Shown here one piece after another: positions 1 through 13,526 of a stretch of 64,000 nt of DNA. Position 1 is the first letter of the stretch. Every line of letters begins with the position of its first letter. The notes beneath the pieces were generated by a model, which did no database searches, had not been told where the DNA came from, and saw only the letters and a program-made list of their open reading frames with translations. Where the stretch lies: the NCBI GenBank assembly GCA_010356995.1, contig ML996693.1, positions 372,001-436,000 on the forward strand, written 5' to 3'. Source of the stretch: Trichodelitschia bisporula. Lineage: Eukaryota. Position numbers and translations under genes: made by a program.

Positions 1-2432
1 GGGTGCTGATCTTCAGTCAAATGGTGAAAATGCTTGACATTCTGTCTGATTACCTCAACCTCCGTGGATACCAGCATCAGAGACTCGACGGAACTATGAC
101 ATCGGCTTCTCGGAGACAGGGTATCGACCACTTCAATGCACCCGACAGTGACGATTTCTGTTACATCCTTTCCACTCGGGCTGGCGGGCTAGGCATCAAC
201 CTCATGACCGCTGACACCGTCATCCTCTTTGACTCTGATTGGAATCCACAAGCCGACCTTCAGGCAATGGCACGGGCTCACCGCATCGGTCAGAAGAACC
301 CTGTCATGGTGTACCGCTTCGTATCGAAGGACACGGTGGAAGAAGAAGTCTTGGAACGTGCCCGCAACAAGCTCATGCTTGAGTTTCTCACTATCCAGCG
401 TGGTGTAACGGATAGCGAGATGCAACAACTTGCAAAGAAAGGCGCAAACTTTGCCGAGCCGACCAGCGCAGACGACATTTCGCGCATTCTCAAGCGCCGC
501 GGCCAGAAGATGTTCGAGCAGAACGACAATCAGAAGAAGCTGGAGGAGCTCGACATTGACGCTGTCCTGGCAACCGCCGAGGAACATAAAACTGAGCAAC
601 CTGAAGGCATTACGGCAGATGGCGGCGAAGAGTTTTTGAGGTCTTTCGAGTATACCGACGTTAAGATCGATCTGGAGTGGGACGAGATTATTCCCAAGGA
701 GCGTCTTGAGGCCATCCAGGCTGAAGAAAAGCGCAAAGCGGACGACACGTATCTCGCCAGTGTTATCGAGCAGAACACCACTCGCAAGCGCAAGGCTGCC
801 GCTCTAGACCAGCGTGAACAGCGCGCCGCCAAGAAAAAGGCGCGCGAAGCTGCCAAAGAAGCTGCTGATGATGTCGACCAGTCTGACGATCAGCATGTCA
901 CCCCTACACAGCCCTTGAACGAGAGCGAAACCCGTCGGTTAATCAAGGCTTACGAGCGCTATGGGGCTTTCCAGGAGAAGGGTGAAGATATCGCCAAGGA
1001 TGCCGGGCTCACCAATCGGGATCCTGATTTCTTGAAGGGCATCCTGGATGACCTCTTGGACCGCAGCAGAAAACTTCTGGAGGAAGAGCGTCAGCGTCAG
1101 TTGGCGATGGAAAAGGAGGCCAACAAGTCTTTAACCAAAAAGGACAAGAAGGCTGTCATTTTCACCTTCAAAGGGGTCAACCGTTGCAATGCCGAGACCC
1201 TCATTCAGCGCGAATCTGAGATGCGACTCATTCGTGAAGCAGTTGCAACGGTCCCCGACCGCAAAAGCTTCCGAATCCCCGAAGCGACTAAAGCTGCGGA
1301 ATACTCCCGTCCGTGGACTGCGCGTGAGGACGGCATGCTCATTGTGGGCATCTCAAAGCATGGGTGGGGCGCTTGGGCCGACATTCGTGACGATCCTGAG
1401 CTCGGACTTGCGGACAAGGTGTTTTTGGAGGAGCAGCGCGCTGAGAAGAAAGCAGAACGCAAGCAGAACGAAGATGCGAATGCGAAGAAGCCAACACAAG
1501 TACACCTGATCCGGCGCGCTAATTACCTCATCAGCGTCTTGAAGGATAAGGCGAGCAACGGCACGGATCCAGCGGCCAAAAAGCTCCTTGAAAACCACCA
1601 CCGCAGCAAGAAACGTGTACGTGGCACTAGCGATGCGCCTGCCGGTAGTCCGGCTCCCAATGGCATGTCTTCACGTAAAGGCCACCGCGATTCGGATCGT
1701 CCTCGCAACAATGGCAATGGTCATTCTTCTTCCCGACCGAGTCTCGACCGCCGGGCCGATGACAGCGGTAGAGACCTGAAGCGCCGTGCCGATGAGAGCG
1801 ATCGGGATTCGAAGCGCCGCAAGTACGCCGATAATGACCGTCGCCGCCCTGAAAATCACAAACGTCACTCCGCCGGAACCGACGCACGCCGTCGGCAGAG
1901 CGACGTCGCACATCAAGATGAGGACCATCGGCGACACACTGTCAAGCGGGAGGACAGCGATCGACATCGCCGAACTGATGAACCCCGTGCTCACAATGGT
2001 CTTGTGACGAGAACTCCAAAGCCGGATCATACGCCAAATCCGAAGAAGTCCGAGCCTGATGCCTCCAAGAAGGAGGCATCAGCTCAGTGGGACGATGTTT
2101 ACAAGACGATGTTTACGCCGGTGTCTACGCAGATGCGGGATTTCGTCGCCTCTTCTCGCGATACGTCTTTGACTCCCCAGGAGAGATTGGACAAAATGAG
2201 GGGTTTGCTATTGGTTATTGGTGACTTCGTCGTTACGCTGGGTCGCAAGGGTGATGGCGCATCTCTAGAGAAGCTTTGGTAAGCATTGTGTCCCCTTTCG
2301 GTTTTCGGTCAGCTAACAATGCGTAGGGGCTATGTCGGCCACAAGTGCTTCAAGGGATCCCCAGCCGCAAAGGCCTCCACCTTCTACCATAAGTCAAAGG
2401 CGCTTGCGGCCAACGGCACTGGCAGCAAATAA
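1..2432 (+). CDS. CHD1: Chromodomain-helicase-DNA-binding chromatin remodeler CHD1/Hrp1-Hrp3 (5'-truncated by the window edge)
   Basis: SNF2 helicase C-terminal motifs (LIFSQMVKMLDIL, ILSTRAGGLGINL, DSDWNPQADLQAMARAHRIGQ), then a SANT/SLIDE-like region (WTAREDGMLIVGISKHGWGAW) and a C-terminal helical domain. Intron 2279-2326 (GTAAGC..GCTAAC..TAG) joins EKLW to GYVGHKCF...GSK, stop TAA 2430-2432. Confidence 0.95.
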
Positions 2433-5400
2433 CTCCGACATATGCATTAGCGACTAGGCGTTAGGGGGACTATCTCTACCGTTGTTGGAACCAAAAGTTC
2501 CTGGGAGGGCATCAAGCATGGAGTTCGGTCTTGCTGCTCAATCTTGCGATGTAATTACTGTTTGACCTTTGTTTGAGATTTGAGGGATATGTGATCCGAA
2601 TCCCATTATTTCGGGCCGGGACTGTTTATAGTCCTCATGATGCATGTGGATAGAGGGCAGAAGGAGTCTTGCATTTGCTTTAGCAGTCCTGGGTAATGGT
2701 ACTCAAGGGGCTTTGGGGCTAGTGTGGTTTGGAGGCGCGACTGCTCTTCTCATATATTCTTCGGGCATGGCAACAGATTACTCTGCTTGCCCTCAAGGCG
2801 ATGGCTGCTCGTCAACGGGACGCTGCGGTCTTGCATTAGTAGGCGTTTGTGTGGCCCCGATGAGCACGCGGCATGGCGGTTGACCGGTTGTGCATCGGTG
2901 GTAGATCATGGGCTACTGTGGATGCGCACTTCGTAGCGCACTGATGGAGAATCAGCTTCAAATGAAACTGATACTGCTGTAAAAGCCATTTGATGAACTA
3001 TTTGGCTTGAAAGTAGTGTGCTGGCAGGAATATTTGATTGAGTTATGGTGGTCCATTTCGTATTACCATTATCCCCATGGTACCTTCGCCTCGTTCACAT
3101 GGTCGCCATCCCACCCTTGCGACTGATGTCTCGTACATCACAAGGCACGTTGACTGTACGGTATGTCCATGCTTCACAAACCACCAAGGTGACTTTTTAT
3201 ACCGGAAATCAAGATTTTAAGTGATCTCCACCGCAGGATTCTTGAATCCATTCGGCTTTTTAGAGCATGCTTCGTCCTTACCGGATCAACCCCAGTAGGA
3301 GTCTTAGGCTGCTCCAAATCTCAATCAACACCCTCTACCAAACCAGAGCTCAAACCGGCATCGCCTCGCAAAATAGTTTGCAAGTCACCTCCCCATTCGC
3401 TCCAACCCTTCGAAAGCAAAGTCTGCGATTGGCTTCCTCAGCCCTCAGCCGGCCACAATTCTGCACTCGTCTACCAATAAGCTCAGAAACAGACGCGGAT
3501 CCCCACTTTCTTCACGCGCACCCGTGTCTCGCCGCCCATCAGTTCTCTCACCCGCGGGACTGGCTGCGCCTGGCCCTGGAACTGAGACAGGAACTGAGCA
3601 ACAGCGCGGCCGGCCGTCCGGCCCGCACGGCGTAATCACGCTCGACAAAGTCGGTTGGCGGGATGCACGGCGGCGCGAGGCGGTCGGAACAAGAGAGGCG
3701 ATCCGCGGGGGCGGCGCGGGTCCGCGTCACGGAATGCGCGCGCCAGGACCTATCATTGCTTTGTTTACTCCACTCTTCCTCTCCTTGGAGTAGGGCTACG
3801 GGAGAGGCGGCGTGGGAATAAGGACTCTGGATTGCGTGGGCTGAGCTGGTGCTTCGGAGAGGCGGGGAACGGGAGGTCTGGTTGGTAAACACGGCTATGT
3901 TGAAGGTAGAGACTGAGGGTTTCACGGGACAAGTGAGTGTTTTTCTTCTTCTCTGAAGTCTAATTCGCTCAAACCTGGTACCTGAAACTTGGTTCTCTGG
4001 CCATACGAGGTATCGCTTCTATCGCGAAATTGAGGATTGGAGAGGGGAGTACGGATGTAGCATGTGCTCCATCATAGTCTCAAGATCCACTGCATATCAA
4101 CGCGGGGAACATGCCAATTTGTTGCGCAGTGTCTTCTCGGGAATAATTTCGAAGGATTTTGATTTCTCCGACCATCCAGATAATTACGTTCGATGGGAAA
4201 TCAGTGCTAATGGTGATTTTGATAGGACTTCCTTGACTTCGGATTCGCTCTGGGATGAACACCACGAGCTGCCTAAACGGGCGCAGTGGATATCAAATCC
4301 AATCAAATTTGATCGCGTTCATCATCCGACAAGTAAACTTCGAACTGAACTTGCCTTGCTGCCCAGATGCCAACGACTACTACGGTATCATCTGCGATCA
4401 ACCAGGAGTCATAAGTTCATGACGACTCCCAAACACCAAACCGATGAATCAGCTTCATCGTCGAAAAGCGATCATATCAACGTGGTGGCTGGCCCACACA
4501 CGCCACGCACATCTCAACACTCCTGCCAGCGCTCACCGTCGCCTCATCTCCATCAACTTCATCACACATCCAGACCAATCCATCGCGGTGGAGTCGTGCC
4601 TCCACACCCCACCCGCATGGGTCAACGGCAAATGCAGAGCAGTGGGGGCGTTGCGTGGCAGCAGCCGTTGGTGTGGGCGTGCATCCATTCAGCGGCCAGA
4701 ACACCGTGGCGAGAAGCGTGACTGCCCGGCCAGCTCATTCCGTCGCGCTGTTAGCCACGAGCATCTGCCCGACCATATTATCACTTGATGCCCTTATCCT
4801 GAGCCGCATGCAAAGCCCACGATAGCCAGCGGCCTCTTCAAAGCACAAAACTCAAGAGCTTTAATGGCGTGCTCGTCATGGAGCGCGGGCTTGCGCCTTG
4901 GCTGCGGGTATATGCGCGACTGTGCATGCGCTCGCTGCTCACCCAATCACCGGGGACCCCCAGTCCCGGGCTGCTGCCTGTGATCTGCCGGCCCAGTGTG
5001 AAACATGCAGGCTCGTCAGCAAGCGTTGAACGCTGATTATCTTATCAGATCTTCCCGCTGAGATGGGAATAGCGTGGCAGGACACTTGGGCAGCCGACGC
5101 GTCTTTGGCGTCGTGGATTCTCTGCCAGTCCTTGCACAAGACGGCAGCCCGCCATCTCGCATTCCCATCTCCCCTTTCCTCGCCGCATTTCTCCCGCCGA
5201 TAGCAATTGAAAGGGTAAGCAAGAAAAAAGTATCACGGACGGTGATGACGATACTAGGCTTGCACGTCCCGCAGGAAACGTGCCTAGGTTCGGCCACGGG
5301 AAACGAGGTAGTGACGGCAGCGTGCGACGTCCCGACCGGGGCTGTGGGGGGACCGAGCGCTCACGCAATGGGGAATTGGGGGAGTGGGAATTTCCCAAGT

Positions 5401-8400
5401 TAGCTTACGAAGATGATCAAACAAAGAGTCAGGTCCCAACTACCTGGAGTAAATACGAAACTGGTACATCCGTGCGAAGTGTATTTTGAGCGAAGTCTAT
5501 TCTCACGAGATGACGAGAGAATACCACACTGGGAACATCGCGGCTGCAAAAATATTGTGTTGTCGCGGGTTACGCAGTCAGCATGTTCAGCTATCCCCCA
5601 ACCTGCGGATGCGGCCTGCTTCAAGCTGCAGGCGGGATCGTCAGGATCCGTCCGGTGCGTTCCGCGGCGCGAGCCAGCGTCCCGCGAAGGTGGCTTTTCG
5701 CTGGGCAACGACACAGGGAGTGGGGGAGACAAGGGGAGGGGAATGGGGGGCCCCAGGCAAAGACCACGAGCAATGACCACACGCCCCCAAACCTGATAGG
5801 GGTGGGGGAGGCTGTCCCCCGGGCCGGACTACTACGGTACGTAGGGGGAAGAAAGCCTGGGGGGATGAAGTAAGACCCGGGGGGCCGGGGGGAAGTGACG
5901 CTGCTCCTTCCGGCATGGGCTGTACCATCCGTAGAGGGGAATAAAAATTCTCTTGAAGACTCAGAAATGACCGCCTCTACCTCCGTATGACCAGGGAAAC
6001 AGGAGCCAGCCTTGCTGGCGTGTGGCAGCTAATCTCGTTTCGGCTTCCCGGCCGACTAGGTGGCGTGCGCCTCGGCATCCGCTGGCTCATCCAACGGGGG
6101 CTAAGGGAGCCTCTCAGGGGCTGCAACGAAGGCGGGAGCTGCAACCGCCGGCGGGAACTGCGACGTGGCACTCTGAGCAGCGCGGAGCAGCGTTTTTGCA
6201 CGGAGGACGGCACACACGCGCGCAGAAGAGATCGTGCTCAGTCGCGATGCGCCGTGCGAAGCTACGGTACGCGCACCAACTTCGCCGGCTGCTACTATTG
6301 ACAGCGTGTGCGGCGCTTGCCTTCTCCGCTTTTCGGAGAGGGACAGGGTGTAGGGCGAGGTGGTGTGGTGTTCTGGTGAAATAGATGAGTGCCTATGGAC
6401 GGACGCATGGGAGGAGTGGTGAGGAGTGCAGCGTGGGTTGCGAAATGCGGCTGCCAGTGACCGAGGGATACACGAGGGGCTCATAATGAGATGAGGTATT
6501 TGTACTACAGTACGATGGGAAAGAGGAGAGTTGAAGTCTTCTCTTCGCGATTTACCCCTTAGAGTTGCTGCATGGTTGAGTGGCACATGCGATGTTCATG
6601 CGCGTGTGCTGGTGGTGGAGCCTGCGGCATTCGAGAGGTCTGCATGAAAGGTGAGAGCTCCGGAAGACTTCAGATCCAGAAACTGGTGGGGTGCAAGGGA
6701 GCAAGAACCAGTGTGCAGCATCAATTGATGCATTGAATTGGGAATTCGTATGTAGCTGACAGGTGGCAGCGAACGCGAATGCGTTTGGGATGGAGATGCG
6801 GTAAGGGCGACCGTGGGTGTTGATGTCCCAAAAGCTGGGCTGCAGGGACAACCTCAGCGTGCTCAGCTCAAGCTGCAGTGCGTATCTTCAGGTCGAGAGA
6901 GGAGGCGCTTTGAGAGGCCTTATTTCTATTCCTGAGCGCTCTTTGTACACCTTACAGAAGGAAGGGCCATACACTATCAATATGATGAATGAATCGCAAT
7001 CGAAGAAGGAGAATTGGCCTTTACTTTTGACCTCGTGTTGTCTCAACGTCAACAAGGTACCAAGATTTTTCTAATCTCCACCTAGACCTGGTCCTGGATG
7101 CCATAAGTTCCGCCTGTTCATGTTCACGCACACCAAGTCACCCGCCCTTCATACAACCACATCCACCACAACCACCACCACCATCAGCCTCAGTTCGTTG
7201 TCGGCCTGTCGATCATTGTCCGCTGTACATATTTCAACCCTCCCTACTTGTCGTACTATATCGTAAAGAAGAGCAGAGACCGAGAAGCATCGTCCACTGT
7301 CCGTAGTCACGTCACACTTGAGCATCCCCCACACTTCTCCTCCCCTCTACCCCAGCCAAACGCGGCGCGTCTCACGCCTTCGAGGCCCACGATTCTCAGG
7401 CTGCAATTGTGGGCTCCGCTGCCACGCTACACTCCACGCTCCTCCAGCGACCCCACGACGTCGCGATATTGAGGTGTTGATATGCTGAAGCCTACCGTCC
7501 CCCCATCCCAACACCAACGGCTTGCTTCCAACTGACAGCCTGACTGGCTGAGTTTCTTTCGCGCAACTAGGGGCGTCCACGGCGTCGTCGTGGCGTGTCA
7601 ACCACCAAGAGGCTGTTGGGATAGTTGGACCGGCGCCGAGCCGGGCTCCACTCGTCTCTCGACATCTCCGCCACACTGCTTCAATCCTCCTATAATTCTA
7701 AACTAGACAGGCTCCGCGTTACCCCTAAAGGCAGACCCCTCTTCGCCCGTGTCAGCTAACCAACCATCGGTCCTCTCGCACATTTTGCACAATTACGGTA
7801 CACTCAACTTTCTTTGCTGGACAAGTGGAAGCCCCCCTCCTCTCTTCCTCCCCACCAAAAGGCACGGCTAGCGAACATTGACCGCTCAGGCTCGCAGCCC
7901 GCCTCTCCATTTTCACACCTCAATTCACCAAATCCCTCTCCAACGGCCTTCCTTACCAGTCCGATCTTCTCTCGCCCTCTCTACTTTTTCCATGCTCCTT
8001 GTCCTTTATCAAAGATTCCAAAAGAACAACCCTGGACTTCCAGAAGGCTGCTGTGATCCCTCCAATTTATCGCACTTGAGCGCTTGCCTTACGTCGCGCT
8101 CATCAACTGTCAAAGACTGCCCCGGCTCACCTTGCCAATCTGTCCGGGGTTGATTATTTTACTAGCCACTTCAACCAGCTTGGACCAAGACGAAGAATAG
8201 TGCCAAAGTAGAACTTTAGGGGGTGATACCCTGCGTCGGTAGTCTCTCGACGTCCTGCCTGAGCTGTTCGTCGCTCACCGCAGTCGCCTGCAAAGCCCAC
8301 CACCACGTCTTCTCCTGCAAAACGAGGCTGCCATTCACCGCAAAACGGCCTAGCAAGCGGCCAGCAAAGGCCTAACATCCCCACTGGTGGTCAGCCAGCG

Positions 8401-9172
8401 AGCAGCGCATCAACGCCTCTCCCCGCCTCCGGCAAAGTCAGAAAGAACAGAGCTTGGCGCGCAGGTCTCGGGCACGTTGTGCTTTTTACGCAGCTGTGGT
8501 TGCTTGTTCGAATGTTTGGGCGCTTGGCCTCCTTTTACAACTCCCGCCGCCGCCCATTCAGGTCCGCGTTACCTACCCGCATCCTGCTTGGTGCTTGTTT
8601 TTCTTTACCGTTTCCTCCCACCACATCAACCTCTCTAGGACTAGGACAGCAGGCACTAAACCAAGAGCCTGGGCCAACAGATACACTCTCTTTCCACCAT
8701 CACTCCCCCCCTCAAGCCATAGCCTTTGGGAACCTATCCGCACGCTTGGAGCTGGGGATAGTCCAGTGGCCACCGCTCGAGCCTTCTCCCTCGTCCTTTC
8801 ACCTGCCTCCCATTTCTATCCTTCACAAGGACTCTGCTTCGCTTCCAGCACCGTCCAACGCTTCCACCTTTCCGGTAACTGAGGCGTCTGTGGAGCTTCG
8901 CATCCCCGATTGGCAACTGTCCGACCGCTCAGGCCCTTTGTCTTGACATCTTCCCTCCGTCTCTTCTGCACGACAGCCCAAGACTATGTCCTGCTCCGGA
9001 ACCTCGCTGTGAAGACATCATCCGCGACCCTAGAGCAAGGTTAGAATCGACTTGTTTCAGACTATCGGAGACGATAATACCGTATTTCAACATTCGCCTT
9101 CCGAGCCTTCTTCGCGGTTAGGAATCTTGGATCTCCCACCGTCATCACGGCACCCCAAATCCGGAATCCACC

Positions 9173-11557
9173 ATGACCGTAGCCTATGAAGCGTATCGGG
9201 GATGGCATTCCACCACGGCCCAGCCCCAAGCTACCCTGGAGGAGAAGTATGAGGTCTTAAAGGAGATTGGCGATGGAAGCTTCGGCAGTGTCGCTCTCGC
9301 GCGCGTCCGGACAGCTGGGGCGCACGTTGCTCGGAGAGGAACCTTGGTATGTTGATATCGCGATGCATGTCGCGACGGGCACGTTGCTGACGCCATGTAG
9401 GTTGCCGTCAAGACGATGAAGAAGACATTCGACACCATGAAGATGTGCGAGGAGCTTCGAGAGGTCATCTTCCTTCGCCAGCTGCCGTCTCACCCGCATC
9501 TGGTTCCTGCGCTGGACATCTTCCTGGATCCACTAACCAAGAAATTGCACATTGCAATGGAATACATGGATGGCAACTTGTACCAGTTGATGAAGGCGCG
9601 AGATCACAAATATCTGGATGGAAGCAGCGTGAAGAGCATACTGTACCAAATCATTTCAGGCCTGGAACACGTCCATGAGCACCACTTCTTCCATCGCGAC
9701 ATCAAGCCTGAAAATATTCTCGTCTCGACTTCTGCGCCTCAGGACTCTGGAAGTGCATTTCGACGGTACTCTGCTCTAGTCACTCCGCCTTCAACCCCGC
9801 CAACGTACTCGATCAAAATCGCCGATTTCGGACTAGCGCGCGAAACCCACTCTAAGATGCCGTATACGACGTACGTATCGACGCGATGGTACCGCGCACC
9901 TGAGGTGTTACTGCGCGCCGGCGAGTACTCTTCACCCGTCGATATTTGGGCTGTTGGTGCGATGGCCGTCGAAATTGCAACGCTGAAGCCGCTTTTCCCC
10001 GGAGGAAACGAGGTGGATCAGGTCTGGCGGATATGCGAGATAATGGGCAGCCCGGGAGGTTGGGTAAACAAACAGGGTCAGAAGGTTGGGGGTGGTGAAT
10101 GGAAAGATGGCACGAAGCTCGCTCAAAAGCTGGGTTTCTCATTTCCGAAGGTATGGCTCCCCTCATGCCGTGGAGTTGCACAATGCTTACACGAAATTCA
10201 GATGGCCCCGCATCCGTTGGACACTATCCTTCGGCCTCCGCAGTGGCCAGCGGCACTCTGCGAATTTGTAACCTGGTGTTTATTGTGGGATCCCAAAGCA
10301 CGACCCACCTCCACTCAGGCTCTGGCGCACGATTATTTCCGGGATGCCGTGGACCCGCTACGACCAAAATCAGCACGTGTTCTCCCGCGCAAAGAATCCA
10401 ACCTGAGCAATATGGAGTCCATTCGAGATGTGCAGGACACGCAGCCATCTCTGACGACCAAAACATCGGCTTGGTTGAGGAAATCGTTCATCCAGCGAGA
10501 GAGCGCCCCTGCTGTTCCTCAGCATGCGCCTGTCACACAAACACCGCAACCCCGACCCGCTCCAGCTCCCCCATCCCAGGTTCCCGAACCCGCTCCCATG
10601 CTCAAAGTCCAAAAACCAGCTGCAAGCAAGCGCACGACGTGGAATGGGAATCTCGCACCTATGCCCATTTTGCCGCCTATCAAGCCAACCACGCCAATTT
10701 TGTCTGGGGCGGAGACTCCGGTCTCTGCACAACAGCCCGTATCAAACGAGAAGAGCAAGAAGATTGGTCGCCAACTGTCTGTCGCTGGGAATCATTATGG
10801 CGATATTAGTGCCCACAGGCTAGAGGCCGAGAAGGCACTGACGGGCCAAGGGTCAACGGGCCTTGCATCACCTCCTAGTGGTCAAAAGGAGGGATTTCTG
10901 TCACATCTTCGCAAACGAGCCCGGCGATTTTCTCGGCATCAAGCTCCCATGTCGCCGAACGCTGACGATATTGAAGCCAATGCAGGCTGTGTACCGTGGA
11001 ACAGCAATCGTTCATCGATGGCAATCGACGGTTTGGGGATGACCCCTAACCCTCTGCCCAGTAACGACTTCGGCGGATCCGAGAAGTCCATCCATCGCGT
11101 CAGTATGGACATGTCGACGCACTCCTCTGCTCCGGCACCTCCCAAAACCCGCCTCCAGAGTAATTCCGTCGTCAGTCTGAAGCGACATTATTCAGTGAGG
11201 AACAAGTACCTTCCGGATGCGCCGAAGGAAGAGGAGGAGTTGTATCATGCGGTGAAGCAAGCGCAATCCAGCGCTCGGACCTTGGACAGAAATAATTCGC
11301 AATACTCCACTCCGCAGCGCAACCCCGTCGACTCCTACATGACCCCTGCGTCCTCAGCACACCAGCACAACTACCGGTCACCTTCCAACTACTCGCCGTC
11401 ACGACCCGTCAACATCGTGATGGCTCCGCAGAATGGTCAGGGCAACCACGGCCACATCCCGACCCCGCCATATGATTCCGCCTACGTCGAAAGCGAGTGG
11501 AGCCAAATGGTCTTGTCCACTCTGTCCGCTGTCAGTGCAAGCACAACATGCCGGTGA
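9173..11557 (+). CDS. IME2: Ime2/MAK-family Ser/Thr protein kinase (ImeB/Ime2-like)
   Basis: ATG 9173 in context CCACCATG. Motifs GDGSFGSV, VAVK (joined across intron 9347-9400), HRDIKPEN, DFG and the activation loop YTTYVSTRWYRAPE with the Ime2/MAK-type TxY. Second intron 10151-10201; long disordered C-terminal tail. Confidence 0.93.
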
Positions 11558-12633
11558 CTGGTGCGCTCAACGACTGATTTCGGGGCCTGGTTAATCCAAC
11601 AGCATCGTCCCTTTGTCCGACAACCGGACCATAATACTTCCCAGGGCGCTATCGGCACTGCTCGGCGTTTGACGAAAGCATGGACTGACGGCTGGAGCTT
11701 TCCAACTTCTCTGGTTGTGCTGTTATACGGAGTAAAAGCATTGACGTGGTGTTTTCGGGGTCGCTTTCGCTACCATTTCCTTATTCCCTTTGTGCGAAGA
11801 AGCGTGTGGGATTTTTTCGTCTCCGCCGGCGTTGATTCGGTTTTGCTTCATACCCATGGGCGGCCATAGTTCGACCTTTCGTTGCTTCTTTTTTGCTCTC
11901 CTCCCGTCTCCGCACCTCTCGATTCGCCTCCAGTGGTTGGCTGGGCTCTTATACCCGCGTCATAGATTGGGCTTGTGCTCATAGTCTAGTGTCTTGTTCG
12001 TGTTCATATCTGTGCACTATTTACCCCGGCGGACATCAGTTTTGTATATAAGCAAGCTGTGGACACCGGTCGAGTCACCACGTCTCCGACGATACTTTCC
12101 TATGTCCGCTCACAGACTTCACTCGGAGCATTCTCCACATACGCTCTTTTGTTCCTCTGCATCTTCCCCTCTGGTTGGGTCGGAAGAATCTTTTCATATG
12201 TCCGTTAAACCCTGGTATTTAGTCGTTTGTCTGAGGCTCCGCGGACCTCGAGCTAGCTGCTACATCATTGTAATCTACTAATGACTGGAGGGAGTTGGAA
12301 GGGAACCTCGTTGTACTATATGGTTCTGCAAACCAACTGAGCGGGAAGGGAGTTAGTGGGAAAGATACCTTACACATATTACTATTTCGCTCGCCCGTTG
12401 CGATGCCGTCGCAAGATGGGTTATTTTTATGGAAGGGGATCAATGGAGTCTGGCTTGGAACCAGTATTGGAATTCTTCTGACATCTGATGACCGTGTACT
12501 CGTGTGAAGCGACCGCCCCAAGAGTCCTGTCGCCAAATCTAATGTTGGGTGGAGAGGAGATAATGTGGATTCCATGATTGATTCCAACCTCAGATGGAGA
12601 GAATTCCTATTCCATGTTGCACATGGACATCCC

Positions 12634-13415
12634 TCACCAGATCCCAAACCACTTTCTCAGCGGCTTCTTTGGCCTCCGCTCTTCTACCTCTCCTTCTAAG
12701 TCACCGCCCTCATGCGCGCCCGCAACGGCAGGCCGCTCCTCGCCCAGGCCTGTCCATCCACCCAGGCCTCCCTCGTTCTCCATTCCATGTACGCGCCTGT
12801 ACTCAGCCCTCTTCCGCGCATCCTCAACCTGCTTCCGTCTCTTCTCCGCCGTCTCAGCGCTCAGAGCTTCCGTATGCAACTTGTACACATGTATGTACTG
12901 CGAAAGGTACTGCAGAGGGCTCGTAAAGAATATGGATTTCGGAGGCACGAGTTCGGGAAACTTGTTCTTAGAGTGGAATTCGGCGAGGAGCATGAAGACG
13001 GCTAAGAACACCAAAACAGACTGGGCCCCAGCAATTAGCCTGCGCTCCAGAGACCGGAGTATGGGAAGCTTACCATGCTAATGTACGCATGCAACATCCT
13101 GTTCGTTAGAAACCAGTGCATAAAGGTCCCCTCCGGCGGCATCATGTGCGGGTACTTCTTCGTTTTCTGCGCCTCAAGCTCCTCTTTCGACAACGGCGGC
13201 CCGGGGAAGGCGCGCGGTGCAGCATTACGTGGGCGAGAAGCGTGTGACGGTGGCCGGAATTTGTCTGGTTTTTCGAGTACGAGGGGTTTGAGGCTCGCCT
13301 TGCCGCTTTTACTTGAAGCGGCGCGGAAGTGTTGTATTGAGGTCGGGCGGGAGGCGTACCGGAGGAGGAGCCGGCGCTGAAGATTGGGGCCTGCTGCGGC
13401 GAGGGAAGCTGCCAT
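12634..13415 (-). CDS. Conserved fungal hypothetical protein, probably mitochondrial, one TM segment
   Basis: R/S/L/A-rich acid-free N-terminus (MAASLAAAGPNLQRRLLLRYASRP) followed by LEKPDKFRPPSH and KKYPHMMPPEGTFMHWFLTN. Intron 13021-13073 joins to hydrophobic SVLVFLAVFMLL; the protein ends KWFGIW. Confidence 0.8.
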
Positions 13416-13526
13416 GACTGTTTGCCGTTTTCAGATATGACTTTTATGGCGAGCCGGAGCTGGAGGGCGGATTGCGGTGGGGTGGTGCGAAATTTGTTGC
13501 GGAACCTCCGCGATCTGGTGCAGGCT

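Noticed and set aside
3267..3925. Overlapping GC-rich ORFs on both strands downstream of CHD1
   Set aside because: No consistent frame, splice structure or family motif could be assembled.
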